Under the pieces are notes generated by a model. That model made no database searches. It was not told the DNA's origin and saw only the letters and a list, made by a program, of their open reading frames with translations. Of a DNA stretch of 64,000 nt, positions 27,735 through 37,433 are shown piece by piece. The DNA comes from Spirochaetota bacterium (lineage in GTDB: Bacteria > Spirochaetota > UBA4802 > UBA5550), in NCBI GenBank assembly GCA_036745755.1, contig DAIOFM010000003.1:42562-106561 (forward strand). The letters are read 5' to 3'. How positions within the stretch are numbered: position 1 is the stretch's first letter; each line of letters begins with the position of its first letter. A program made the translations under genes and the position numbers.

Positions 27735-27995
27735 TTTAATCTCATTTAAAATTTAAAAAATTTTTAATAAAAACCCGCTGCCACATTTTACAATATAACA
27801 TCTTGAATTTGATTCATGTAGATTTTTTATGATTACCGGAGTCATGGAGGCCACTGCCAAGAGACCTGAACCTGTCTACTAAAGTTCAACCGGCTCTATA
27901 CAAATCAATAAAAAATCAAACCCCCTATTGTAAATATTCTAAAAATATTAATAGCCAGTAAAATTAATTTCTATTTTTACTTCTACAACTATTTA

Positions 27996-28028
27996 TTGAT
28001 TGACATAATTTAAGCTATACAATATTTT
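27996..28028 (+). promoter_or_regulatory. candidate sigma70 promoter for the CoA-transferase gene
   Basis: TTGATT (27996-28001), 16 nt, TACAAT (28018-28023). Alternatively TTGACA (28000-28005), 17 nt, TATTTT (28023-28028). About 90 nt upstream of ATG 28113. Confidence 0.35.
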
Positions 28029-28112
28029 TCATTTATTTTTACAGCAAAATATCAGTTTTTATTACAAAAATTTTACAACAAGTAAGATTTATACATTTTT
28101 TCGGAGAAATAT

Positions 28113-29462
28113 ATGAACAGTGGAGCACAACCCAAAGACAGAAGGATAAAAACAGAGTCCTGGAAGGAAGATTATAAAGCCAAGCTTATATCAGCCGAAG
28201 ATGCCGCAAAATTAATCCATTCAAACGACAGGGTCTTTGCAGGCGGCGGAGTTAACATACCGAAGGCATTCTCGACAGCAATGGGAGCCAGAGCTGCAGA
28301 ACTTGAAAATGTGACAATATATCAGGGTTTTGCCATGGCCCTGTATGACTACATGAAGCCTGAAGCAAAAAACAGCTTCAACATAGAAACAATGTTTGTC
28401 GGCCCTCTTGAAAGGATATGCATGGAATGGGGCGTGGGGTCATATAAACCTCACAGCTTTTCAGATCTTGGCGAAGTTGCCAGGAGAGCGGCACCGAACA
28501 GGGTGGTTTTTTCAGCCACACCGCCCGATAAGGACGGCTACGTAAACAAATCATGTTTCGGATCTTTCCTCCCAAGAAAGGAATGCCTTGAGCCTGCAGA
28601 CATTGTTATCTGTGAAATAAACAGGCATCTGCCATGGTGCTGCGGGGAGGACTTCAAGGTCCACATTTCAGAGATTGATTATATAATTGAAAATGACAAC
28701 CCGCTTTTCGAACTTCCGGAGACTCCGATTGCTGATGTGGAAAACAAAATGGCTGAATATATAGTAGATATGATCCCCGATGGTGCAACAATACAGCTGG
28801 GGTTCGGCGGCCTGGGCAACGCCATAGGACATATGCTCTACAATAAAAAAAATCTCGGCATGCATTCAGAGGTTGTAACTCCATCGGTAACTGAACTAGT
28901 AAAAGCCGGTGTAATAACAGGCGCGAAAAAAAATTTTTACCCGGGAAAAATAATAACCGCCTTTGCTGTGGGCACAAAACAGTTCTACGAAGACCTGGAC
29001 AGGAATGAGCTCTTCGAATTTAAAGAGGTTCACTGGGTTAACCAGCCTGTAAATATAGCTAAAAATGACAGCCTTATTTCAATCAATAACACCCTGATGA
29101 TCGACCTCACAGGCCAGGCCGCGTCTGAATCGATAGGGATAAAACAGTACAGCGGAACAGGAGGGCAGGTCAACTTCAACCAGGGGGCAAAGATGTCAAA
29201 GGGAGGCAAAAGGATTCTTGCCCTTGCGTCAACCTTCACAGACAAGGAGGGAAACATTAAATCAAAAATACTCCCCACACTCCCTGAAGGGTCCATAGTA
29301 ACAACATCCAGGAATGAACAGGAGTATATTGTTACGGAATACGGAGTTGTAAACATTGCACTGGACTCAATTGCCACAAGAACTAAAAAGCTGATTTCAA
29401 TAGCACACCCTGATTTCAGGGATGAACTTACCTTCCAGGCGAAAAAATATAACTGGATATAA
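28113..29462 (+). CDS. acetyl-CoA hydrolase/transferase family protein (butyryl-CoA:acetate / 4-hydroxybutyrate CoA-transferase-like)
   Basis: 449 aa. Same family blocks as 63-1406: 'IQLGFGGLGNAI', 'INNTLMIDLTGQAASESIG', 'YSGTGGQVNF', 'IAHPDFRDELTFQAKK'. Confidence 0.85.
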   Translation: MNSGAQPKDRRIKTESWKEDYKAKLISAEDAAKLIHSNDRVFAGGGVNIPKAFSTAMGARAAELENVTIYQGFAMALYDYMKPEAKNSFNIETMFVGPLERICMEWGVGSYKPHSFSDLGEVARRAAPNRVVFSATPPDKDGYVNKSCFGSFLPRKECLEPADIVICEINRHLPWCCGEDFKVHISEIDYIIENDNPLFELPETPIADVENKMAEYIVDMIPDGATIQLGFGGLGNAIGHMLYNKKNLGMHSEVVTPSVTELVKAGVITGAKKNFYPGKIITAFAVGTKQFYEDLDRNELFEFKEVHWVNQPVNIAKNDSLISINNTLMIDLTGQAASESIGIKQYSGTGGQVNFNQGAKMSKGGKRILALASTFTDKEGNIKSKILPTLPEGSIVTTSRNEQEYIVTEYGVVNIALDSIATRTKKLISIAHPDFRDELTFQAKKYNWI

Positions 29463-29496
29463 ACAGAACGGGGGGCTTAAGCCCCCCGTTCTGTTT
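29461..29496. terminator. bidirectional Rho-independent terminator
   Basis: Perfect 16-bp stem AAACAGAACGGGGGGC (29461-29476) / GCCCCCCGTTCTGTTT (29481-29496) with a TTAA loop. It is wedged exactly between the convergent stops at 29462 and 29498. Confidence 0.85.
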
Positions 29497-29497
29497 C

Positions 29498-30163
29498 TTA
29501 CTCTTCTATCTCTTCATCTTCAGGTTCAATTTTAATCTTGAAATTAAAATTTTTCATCCTCTTGTCCTTCTTCGCCCCGCTCATAACGAGTTTGAACAGA
29601 GGATCCACATTCATTATCGGCTGGGTTTTATCATCAGGGCACCCGTACATAAGCCATCTTATAACGATAAATTCAACACTCCCGATAAGAACTGATCTTA
29701 TAAAATAAGGATCCATATCATTCTTCAGTTCACCTGAATTTATCCCTTCTTTTATAACATTTGTCATGATAGTATAATATTCAATGAGATCCTTATATAT
29801 CTCCGTTTCCATAAATTTCTTATTTGTTTTAAGGGTCATAAGAGAAATGTTGGCAAAATAGGGATTATCCTGATAAAATTTACAAAGGTGATAAATCATA
29901 CCCCTGAGCTTATTTACAGGCCCGTTTATATAGCTGAGATGAGAATCAAGAAGTTGCTTGCTCAGTTCAATTCCCTCTCTGGGTATAGAAAAAAGGAGAT
30001 CCTCTTTAGAGGAAAAGTATTCATAAATAGTAGTATCTGACACACCAGTCTCTTTAGCGACGTCTGAGATAGTTGAATTCTGAAATCCTTTCTCTGAAAA
30101 GACCTTCTCCGCAGATTTAAGTATCTGTTCCCGTCTTGCCTCTTTTAATGATTTAACGCTCAT
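29498..30163 (-). CDS. TetR/AcrR family transcriptional regulator
   Basis: I place the start at ATG 30163 (MSVKSLKEARREQIL...) with a GGAGA RBS 5 nt upstream; the track start is a TTG at 30175. HTH block 'FSEKGFQNSTISDVAKETGVSDTTIYEYFSSKEDLL'. Confidence 0.85.
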   Translation of the reverse strand: MSVKSLKEARREQILKSAEKVFSEKGFQNSTISDVAKETGVSDTTIYEYFSSKEDLLFSIPREGIELSKQLLDSHLSYINGPVNKLRGMIYHLCKFYQDNPYFANISLMTLKTNKKFMETEIYKDLIEYYTIMTNVIKEGINSGELKNDMDPYFIRSVLIGSVEFIVIRWLMYGCPDDKTQPIMNVDPLFKLVMSGAKKDKRMKNFNFKIKIEPEDEEIEE

Positions 30164-30386
30164 ATTTTTCTCCAATTAAAAAATTTACTGACTCTAATAT
30201 ATTTTTAATTATTTCAAAGACATTATAAGCTTTATGACAAAAAACATAATATTCCGAGTCAAGACTTTTTTATATTAACACTTGCACTTCTCTGGTGTAT
30301 TTTAATTTACACCTATCCTATTATGTTTAGAAACTTCTCAAATCATCAGGTGCGGAAACACATAGGCTGCCGGTTTGCCAAAGTAA

Positions 30387-30429
30387 TTGACTGTTTTATA
30401 TAAAAAGTTATGATTCTGCCGGACAGAAT
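30387..30429 (+). promoter_or_regulatory. sigma70-type promoter with overlapping palindrome (candidate TetR operator)
   Basis: TTGACT (30387-30392), 16 nt, TATGAT (30409-30414). The palindrome ATTCTG-CCGGA-CAGAAT (30413-30429) overlaps the -10 box and the TSS region. It is divergent from the TetR gene at 29498-30163. Confidence 0.45.
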
Positions 30430-30465
30430 TATATATTATACCCAGAGTAATCAATGGAGGATTCT

Positions 30466-32289
30466 ATGGTGAGGCGAATCATATCGGCTACGGTCATTAT
30501 TATTTCTTTTTCCGCTTTATCCGTAAACGCGACTACTGCGCCTATATCAGCAAAAAGCAGAATAACCGCTGTAAAACTTTTTACAAACAGAGCTGAGATT
30601 ACAAGGACATCCAGAATAAGGCTAAAAAAGGGGATGAACTCCGTATTAATCGAAGAGCTCCCTGATAACCTTTATGACTGGTCGGTCAGAGGAAGTCTCC
30701 CTGAAAATTTCAAAGGTAAAATAATCTCCATGGAGATTTCCCGCCAGGCGCTGCTTGAAAAAAGAAGAAAGAAGATCGCGAAGATTGAGGAAAAACTTGA
30801 GGAGCTGCGGGACATTGACGCGAATCTGGCTGATGACCTTGACAATATAAAGGGACAGAACAACTTCATCAATTCCATAAATGAATTCACAAGGGAGACT
30901 GCATCAAAGGAACTGCAGACAAGAATTCCGCAAACTGAACTCTGGAGCAATACACTTAACTATACAGCGAAGAAAAAAAAAGAACTCCAGAACAGATCAA
31001 GAGAGATACAGAAAAAAAGAAGAGAACTTGCCAGGGAGATCCAGAAATGGGAATTTGAGCTTGTCCAGATCGGAGGAAGCTCCTATTTTTCAAGCTACCA
31101 GAAAATAAACAGGGCAATGGAAAAAAACATAGCAAAGACCGAGGTGCAGCAATATGCCGATGTTACAGATCAATATGCACAGCAGCAGAGTTATCTCAGA
31201 ACTGATACATCGGGGATAGACACGGAAAAAAGGCTTCTTCTTAATATTTACTCCGCAACAGAAGATGATACCAATTTTCATCTTATCTACATGATACCGA
31301 AAACATACTGGCACATGATGTACGATTTCAGGGCAAGTAAAACAAATAATGAAATTGAAGTTATCCTTTACGCTAATATATACCAGAAGACAGGTGAAGA
31401 CTGGGAAGGAATAACTTTAAGCCTGTCAACGGGGAAACCTCTTACGAATATTGCATTACCTCATCTGGCACCATGGTACCTTAATTCAAGAGGGCCGCGC
31501 AGAGATCAAATAGGAGGCTATTCAAAATTATACAAAAAAGCCAACGGGAAAAGCGGTTTCGCAATGGCTGAAGAAGATGAACTTGAGGATAAAAAAAAGG
31601 AAGGGGGAATGCCTCAATCAACTGTTAAGAAAGCCGGTTTAAATTTCGAAGTATCTTTCCCTGTTAAACAGACTATTCAGTCTTCTGAAAAGTACCAGAA
31701 AAAACTGATAAAATCATACACCCTTAAATCTTCAAAAGGCCTCAAGTATTATTTTGAAACAGTGCCTGAATCAACGGGTAAAGTTTTCCTCATGGCAAAA
31801 ACAACAAACCAGACAGAGCTGCCGTGGCTGGGAGGAGAGGCGCAGGTGTTCCTTGAAAATGATTTCATAGGGAAGGTAAATATACCTGATACTCCTGTTG
31901 CCAAAGAGCAGGATCTTGTCCTTGGAATTGCGCCTGACATGACAGCGAAGAAGGAACTTGTGAAAAAGTTTAACGACACATCCGGGGTGTTCGGCGGCAA
32001 CAACAGGGTAATATACTCCTATAAAATCACGGTTGAAAATAATTCAAGTGAGAAGAGGGAAATCATTGTTCTTGATAACTTCCCGGTGAGCAACAACAAG
32101 GAGATTGAAGTCGAAATAAAAAATCTTTCAATGAAGTTCGTTGAGGATGAAAAAATAAAAAAGACAACGGAATACAAACAGGGAATAAGAAAATACACAA
32201 TGAGTCTCCCGGCAGGAGCAAAAAAAGAGATAACATATGACGCCGTTATAACGTATGACAAGGAACTGATAATAGACGGCCTGAAATAG
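30466..32289 (+). CDS. secreted DUF4139-like (mucoidy-inhibitor MuiA-like) protein with coiled-coil insert
   Basis: Start placed at ATG 30466 (GGAGG at 30456-30460, 5 nt upstream). Signal peptide 'MVRRIISATVIIISFSALSVNA'. N-terminal 'ITAVKLFTNRAEITR' and C-terminal 'VLDNFPVSNNKEIEVE' resemble the DUF4139/DUF4140 architecture as I remember it; this needs an HMM check. Confidence 0.7.
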   Translation: MVRRIISATVIIISFSALSVNATTAPISAKSRITAVKLFTNRAEITRTSRIRLKKGMNSVLIEELPDNLYDWSVRGSLPENFKGKIISMEISRQALLEKRRKKIAKIEEKLEELRDIDANLADDLDNIKGQNNFINSINEFTRETASKELQTRIPQTELWSNTLNYTAKKKKELQNRSREIQKKRRELAREIQKWEFELVQIGGSSYFSSYQKINRAMEKNIAKTEVQQYADVTDQYAQQQSYLRTDTSGIDTEKRLLLNIYSATEDDTNFHLIYMIPKTYWHMMYDFRASKTNNEIEVILYANIYQKTGEDWEGITLSLSTGKPLTNIALPHLAPWYLNSRGPRRDQIGGYSKLYKKANGKSGFAMAEEDELEDKKKEGGMPQSTVKKAGLNFEVSFPVKQTIQSSEKYQKKLIKSYTLKSSKGLKYYFETVPESTGKVFLMAKTTNQTELPWLGGEAQVFLENDFIGKVNIPDTPVAKEQDLVLGIAPDMTAKKELVKKFNDTSGVFGGNNRVIYSYKITVENNSSEKREIIVLDNFPVSNNKEIEVEIKNLSMKFVEDEKIKKTTEYKQGIRKYTMSLPAGAKKEITYDAVITYDKELIIDGLK

Positions 32290-32298
32290 GAGAAGACA

Positions 32299-34056
32299 AT
32301 GAGAAAGACAAAAATTATATGTACCCTTGGACCATCCACCGATGATCCCGAGGTGCTCAGAAAAATTTTTCTCACAGGGATGGATGTAGGGCGCATGAAC
32401 TTCTCGCATGGAAGTCATGAAGAACACCTTAAAAGAATTACCACTTTCAAAAACATCCGTTCCGAACTGAAAAAACCCGCCGCTCTCCTGATTGACACGA
32501 AAGGGCCTGAAATCAGGCTCCGCACCTTTAAAAACGGCGGGATTATGCTTAATGAAGGAGACCGGTTCACACTTACTACCGAGGAGGTTGAAGGTGATGA
32601 AACAAGAGTATCCATCTCATACAAAGGTCTTGTTAACGACGTCTCAAGGGGAGACAGGCTACTCATTGATGACGGCCTTATCGAACTCCGTATTACCGAA
32701 ATCACCCCTATAGAGATTGACTGCGAAGTAATAAACGGAGGGGAACTGAGCAACAGGAAGGGGGTCAATGTTCCTGGAGTAACGATCAAACTTCCTTTCA
32801 TGAGCGAAAGCGACAAGAAAGATCTACTCTTCGGTATAGAGAACGACTTTGACTATGTTGCCCTCTCATTCGTAAGGAGCTCTGAAGATGTAAAGATAGT
32901 GAGAAACTTCCTTTCAGAAAACAACGGCAGCTTTCTTAAGATAATCTCGAAGATAGAAAACAGGGACGGGGTGACCAATATCGATGAAATCATCCGCGTC
33001 AGTGACGGGATAATGGTAGCCAGAGGTGATATGGGTGTTGAAATCCCCTTTGAAGAAATACCGCATCTGCAGAAGATGATCATTAATAAAACCAGAAACG
33101 CCGGCAAGCCTGTAATAACGGCAACGCAGATGCTTGATTCAATGATAAGGAATCCCAGGCCCACAAGGGCGGAGATTACAGATGTTGCGAACGCCATCTA
33201 CGACGGCACAAGCGCAATTATGCTTTCCGGTGAAACATCCATAGGAAAATTCGCTGAACTTACAGTGGCAACAATGGCTAAAATTGCCGAAAAGACGGAA
33301 ACAGAAATCAACTACGTGAAAATTCTGGAGAACACCCATATTAATATTTCAAAAAATGTGACCGATGCCATAAGCTACTCCACCTGTTCAGCAGCTCATT
33401 CACTGAACGCCGCTGCAATCATCAGCATAACAAAATCAGGACACACATCAAGGATGGTTTCCAGATACAGGCCGAAATGCCCGATTATAGCATCCACCCC
33501 ACTTGTCAAGGTCTTCAACCAGCTTGCACTCTCCTGGGGGGTAACGCCTGTATTATCAAAGGAGGCTGAAACAACTGATGAAATTTTCCAGAACGCCGTG
33601 GACAACGCAGTGCAGGCAGGATTTATAAAAAGCGGCGATCTTGTTATTATCACAGGCGGAATGCCTGTAGGTATAAGCGGCACCACAAACATGATCAAAA
33701 TCCACATTGTGGGCGATATCCTTACAGGGGGAACAAGCCTTAACGGCCTCTCGGCAACAGGTGTATTATGCGTTATAGCGGAAAACAAATCCACGGTTGA
33801 TGACTTCAAGGGCGGAGAGATTCTTGTAATAGAGAAGTCGACTGAGCAGATACTCCACCTTATAAAAAACGCTACAGCTGTAATAACAGAAGAGGAGGGG
33901 GCTGATTCACCGGCAGCAATTGTGGCAAAGGCCCTTGATATACCTGTAATAACAGGAGCCTTAAAGGCCACTGAAATTCTTACCAGCGGCATTGCTGTAA
34001 GGGTTGACGGGGAGAAAGGACAGGTATATAGCGGTCACAGCAGGATAAAAAGCTGA
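32299..34056 (+). CDS. pyk: pyruvate kinase with C-terminal PEP-utilizer-like extra domain
   Basis: 'MRKTKIICTLGPS', 'MNFSHG', 'IISKIENRDGV', 'IMVARGDMGVEIP', 'ATQMLDSM', 'MLSGETSIGK'. The extra ~110 C-terminal aa ('GEILVIEKSTEQ...ITEEEGADSPAAIVAKALDIPVITG') resemble the PEP-utilizer swivel domain of Bacillus-type PKs. Confidence 0.92.
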   Translation: MRKTKIICTLGPSTDDPEVLRKIFLTGMDVGRMNFSHGSHEEHLKRITTFKNIRSELKKPAALLIDTKGPEIRLRTFKNGGIMLNEGDRFTLTTEEVEGDETRVSISYKGLVNDVSRGDRLLIDDGLIELRITEITPIEIDCEVINGGELSNRKGVNVPGVTIKLPFMSESDKKDLLFGIENDFDYVALSFVRSSEDVKIVRNFLSENNGSFLKIISKIENRDGVTNIDEIIRVSDGIMVARGDMGVEIPFEEIPHLQKMIINKTRNAGKPVITATQMLDSMIRNPRPTRAEITDVANAIYDGTSAIMLSGETSIGKFAELTVATMAKIAEKTETEINYVKILENTHINISKNVTDAISYSTCSAAHSLNAAAIISITKSGHTSRMVSRYRPKCPIIASTPLVKVFNQLALSWGVTPVLSKEAETTDEIFQNAVDNAVQAGFIKSGDLVIITGGMPVGISGTTNMIKIHIVGDILTGGTSLNGLSATGVLCVIAENKSTVDDFKGGEILVIEKSTEQILHLIKNATAVITEEEGADSPAAIVAKALDIPVITGALKATEILTSGIAVRVDGEKGQVYSGHSRIKS

Positions 34057-34086
34057 AAATGAAGATATAACAGGGTTTAATCAGAT

Positions 34087-34800
34087 TTGAAAAAGTCTCT
34101 ATTTTTTATATTCGCTCTTATTGCCGTATTTATTGCCACTGAGAGTTTTACTGAAGGAATACATGATGTTACACTCTCATCATACGCCTCTTCAGTGGCC
34201 GAACAGGAACACCCTGTAAAAGTAAATATCCGGATCGCTTCATCAAGGCTCAATGGTATTGAGATCCTTCCAGGCGGGACATTCTCTTTTAATGAAACAG
34301 TAGGTGAAGGGAACTCGGCCAACGGTTATCTCAGTGGCAGGGTCCTCTATATGGACATGACTGCGTATGAACCGGGGGGAGGAATATGCCAGGTCTCATC
34401 AACTCTATTCAATGCCCTCCTTCTGTCAGGCTGCATTATTATAGAGAGGCACCGGCACGCCCGGCCTGTTACGTATGTGCCGCTCGGGCTTGATGCCACG
34501 ATCCGGTACGGAAAAAAAGACCTGAGGATGAAAAATCCTCACAGGCAGTCCATTTTTATCTATACCTCAATGAACGACAGCACCCTGCTTATAACAGTAA
34601 AAGCGGGAAACAGGCTGAAAACCTCATACGAACTTTTTACTGATGAAGAAGAGGTCAACATCCCCTTTGGGGACAGCAATGAGAGACGAATCAAGCCTGG
34701 CATTACAATCTATGTATACAGAAAAAAATTAAAAAACGGCAGCCCCCTGGAAACAGCGCTGCTTTACAAAGACTTTTATCCGCCAGTTTACACAGAATAG
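34087..34800 (+). CDS. VanW family protein
   Basis: TTG start per the track. N-terminal signal/anchor. VanW core block 'EPGGGICQVSSTLFNALLLSG'. Confidence 0.75.
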   Translation: MKKSLFFIFALIAVFIATESFTEGIHDVTLSSYASSVAEQEHPVKVNIRIASSRLNGIEILPGGTFSFNETVGEGNSANGYLSGRVLYMDMTAYEPGGGICQVSSTLFNALLLSGCIIIERHRHARPVTYVPLGLDATIRYGKKDLRMKNPHRQSIFIYTSMNDSTLLITVKAGNRLKTSYELFTDEEEVNIPFGDSNERRIKPGITIYVYRKKLKNGSPLETALLYKDFYPPVYTE

Positions 34801-34802
34801 AA

Positions 34803-35738
34803 TTAATCCTTAAGTTTTTTTAACCTCTGTATTGTTTCATAAACCGATTCGGTCACGGGTGTCGCCACACCTGCCTCTTTCCCAAGCCTTATAATTGCGC
34901 CGCCGAAAAGGTCCCTTTCATCCGGCTTGTCAACTTTTTCAAAATCCCTCTGGAAGGAAGTCTTTGTTTCAAAGGGAAACTGGGCCCCGGCATCATAAGA
35001 TTCCTCTATTATGGCCTCCGAAAGAGATACCCCTCTCTTCTCCGCAATCTCAACTATCTCTTTCATTATTCCCCTGACAACGCCGCTCAGATCTTCTGAC
35101 TGCATCACCTCACCGATACTCTTATCATTAGCTGCACAGACCAGGCCGAAAGGGGCAATAAAGGTAAACTTGCTCCATATATTTACATAGGGGTTATCCG
35201 AGAATTCATGTTTAATCCCTGCCCTTTTAAAAATTTCTAAAACTTCACTGTTTATATAATCATTTGAAGGATCTTTACCGAACAGTATTTTGCATGCCCC
35301 ACCTCTCTGTGTTACCTTGCCGGGCCTGGCTATATACGTTCCTATATATACAGCAGAGGGGAAGACCACACCTTTATCTATTACTGATCTTATCCTATCA
35401 TAAACATCAACCCCGTTCAGAAGAGGGAGGATCATTGTCCTTTCATGGACCTTTCCCTTAAACTGAATCATGGCGTTTTCAAGATCATATGACTTGACGC
35501 ATACAAGACAGAGGTCAATTTCAGGAAGGGAGGATATATTATCCGTGGCGGTCGTCGGGACACATATAAACTCCCCTTCATCCGCATCGAGGACAAGACC
35601 GTTTTTTCTTATTTCCTCAAGATGCGGGCCCCTTGCTATAAAATGTATTTCCAGATCCTTTTCAATCTTCAGAAGCTGTGTAAGCTTCCCTCCGAAAAAT
35701 CCCCCTACTCCCCCTATTCCTATAACTGCTATATTCAT
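34803..35738 (-). CDS. panE: 2-dehydropantoate 2-reductase (ketopantoate reductase)
   Basis: Start placed at ATG 35738 (MNIAVIGIGGVGGFFGGKL, Rossmann GxGxxG) with an AAGGGGGGA RBS (rc of 35741-35750). ApbA/PanE-like length and C-terminal domain. Confidence 0.85.
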   Translation of the reverse strand: MNIAVIGIGGVGGFFGGKLTQLLKIEKDLEIHFIARGPHLEEIRKNGLVLDADEGEFICVPTTATDNISSLPEIDLCLVCVKSYDLENAMIQFKGKVHERTMILPLLNGVDVYDRIRSVIDKGVVFPSAVYIGTYIARPGKVTQRGGACKILFGKDPSNDYINSEVLEIFKRAGIKHEFSDNPYVNIWSKFTFIAPFGLVCAANDKSIGEVMQSEDLSGVVRGIMKEIVEIAEKRGVSLSEAIIEESYDAGAQFPFETKTSFQRDFEKVDKPDERDLFGGAIIRLGKEAGVATPVTESVYETIQRLKKLKD

Positions 35739-36068
35739 ACGTCCCCCCTTATCTATTTTCAAACCAGTACATCCTGTTCTAATACCAATTTAATATAATC
35801 CCTGTTTCCGGCAAATTATCTTTTCTCTTAAACAGTTATTAATATAATATCTACAGCGGAATATACTGAACCTCTGTTATTGTATTAAAATTAAAATATT
35901 TTATCAGGCATACTGTCACAAAAATGTAACAGAAACGAACCTCACTGGAGATATATATCTTCAGGATTATTTTTCCAGTTATCGTTCTTGACATATGCCG
36001 TGAATAATTGCGACATTTTTATCTTAATATATTATATTATTAGTTATAACAGATACCGGACAGGAAAT

Positions 36069-37310
36069 ATGACTGCAACAGACAACAGCGATAAATCAAA
36101 GGAAAACAGAATCGAGGTAAAACTGCTTAAACCGGGACACAGGTTCTCTCTGAATATGTTTGACAGTGACAACAACCTGATTCTTGAGGCACATACCCCG
36201 ATCTCTCCTGGTGTACTTAACCACCTCAGGAACTCCGGTATTCAGTTCCTCTATTTTGACCCTTCAAAAATCGGGGAGATGAAAGACGGCCCGTTATACA
36301 AAACGATATTATCAGACGAACTGAAAGAGGAGACTTACACACATACCAAAAATCTTCTTGAGGAGATACGCTTCAACCTGACCAATGCACCGGACAACCT
36401 TATAGGAAAAGGACTCATAGATAAATCGAGGTCCCTTGTTGACAAAATTATAACTGATACTGAAAAGAACAGTGACGGAGTATACGACGTTGTCACAAAA
36501 CTTAAAGACATGGATGACTACTACTACAATCATTCAATGAATGTGGCAATAATAGCCTCCATTCTCGGTTCAAGGCTGGACTTTAAGCCTGACGTAAAAT
36601 CAGCAATGGGTGTAGGAGGTCTTTTCCACGATATCGGCTTTACATCTGTTTCAAAGGACATCCTCCACAAGGCGCAGCTGAACGACAGCGACTTCGATAT
36701 AATAAAAAGCCATACACATGTGGGATACAAATTCGTTGAGAAAAACCCGCTAATGCATGAGATAGAAAAGAGGATCATTCTCCTCCATCATGAACGGGGT
36801 GACGGTGAGGGCTACCCATACGGTTTCGATCTCGATATGTACCAGAACAATGTACCCAGAGAGGTGAGGCTCCTGGGGCTCATAGACACTTTTGTTATTC
36901 TCACAATGCCTAAACCGGGCCAGGAAGGCATGACCCCTAAAGTGGCGATGAGGCTTATGGTCAACATGATACATGCCCCGTATAAAACAAAATACAGTTT
37001 TATACCCATGGATGTAAGGGACTTTCTGCGGGCCCTTGGATTTATAATAAATAAAGGGGAATCTTTTATGAAAGCCGGGGATCTTGTGAGAATCAGCACA
37101 GGTGAAATTGGAATAATAGAGGAGATGAACCGGTTATACCCTATGAACCCCAAGGTGCGTATTCTCAGGAACAGCCGGGGGGAACCATTAAAAAGGCCGG
37201 TTGTACTTGATCTTATCAAAACATACCAGGAATATGTTTCCAATATTTACGACAGAAACGCATCAGGGAAATTTTCTTTAAATGACCGGAAGGATCTGAA
37301 CAGGATATAA
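36069..37310 (+). CDS. HD-GYP domain c-di-GMP phosphodiesterase
   Basis: Start placed at ATG 36069; the track TTG start at 35988 adds 27 implausible residues. HD motif 'GLFHDIGF'. HD-GYP signature 'LHHERGDGEGYPYG'. N-terminal DUF3391-like 'IEVKLLKPGHRF...'. Confidence 0.85.
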   Translation: MTATDNSDKSKENRIEVKLLKPGHRFSLNMFDSDNNLILEAHTPISPGVLNHLRNSGIQFLYFDPSKIGEMKDGPLYKTILSDELKEETYTHTKNLLEEIRFNLTNAPDNLIGKGLIDKSRSLVDKIITDTEKNSDGVYDVVTKLKDMDDYYYNHSMNVAIIASILGSRLDFKPDVKSAMGVGGLFHDIGFTSVSKDILHKAQLNDSDFDIIKSHTHVGYKFVEKNPLMHEIEKRIILLHHERGDGEGYPYGFDLDMYQNNVPREVRLLGLIDTFVILTMPKPGQEGMTPKVAMRLMVNMIHAPYKTKYSFIPMDVRDFLRALGFIINKGESFMKAGDLVRISTGEIGIIEEMNRLYPMNPKVRILRNSRGEPLKRPVVLDLIKTYQEYVSNIYDRNASGKFSLNDRKDLNRI

Positions 37311-37433
37311 CCTTCAGGGAAAAACTTATTATTACTTATAATGCGTAATATTTTTTCATTGCAGATCAAGAAAAAATCCCGATAAAATACAGGTAGATCA
37401 ACACCCTCCCCGGGTGGTTACGGAGACCGTTTG

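Noticed and set aside
27829-27882. 17-aa mini-ORF (MITGVMEATAKRPEPVY) in a locally GC-richer island of the 27735-28112 spacer
   Set aside because: No RBS, too short to evaluate, and no recognisable peptide class. It may be a gene remnant, but I cannot support it.
35988-36068. TTG-initiated 27-codon extension of the HD-GYP gene
   Set aside because: The extension encodes 'MTYAVNNCDIFILIYYIISYNRYRTGN' from AT-rich promoter-like DNA, and the TTG is part of a TTGACA hexamer. The ATG at 36069 is the more credible start.
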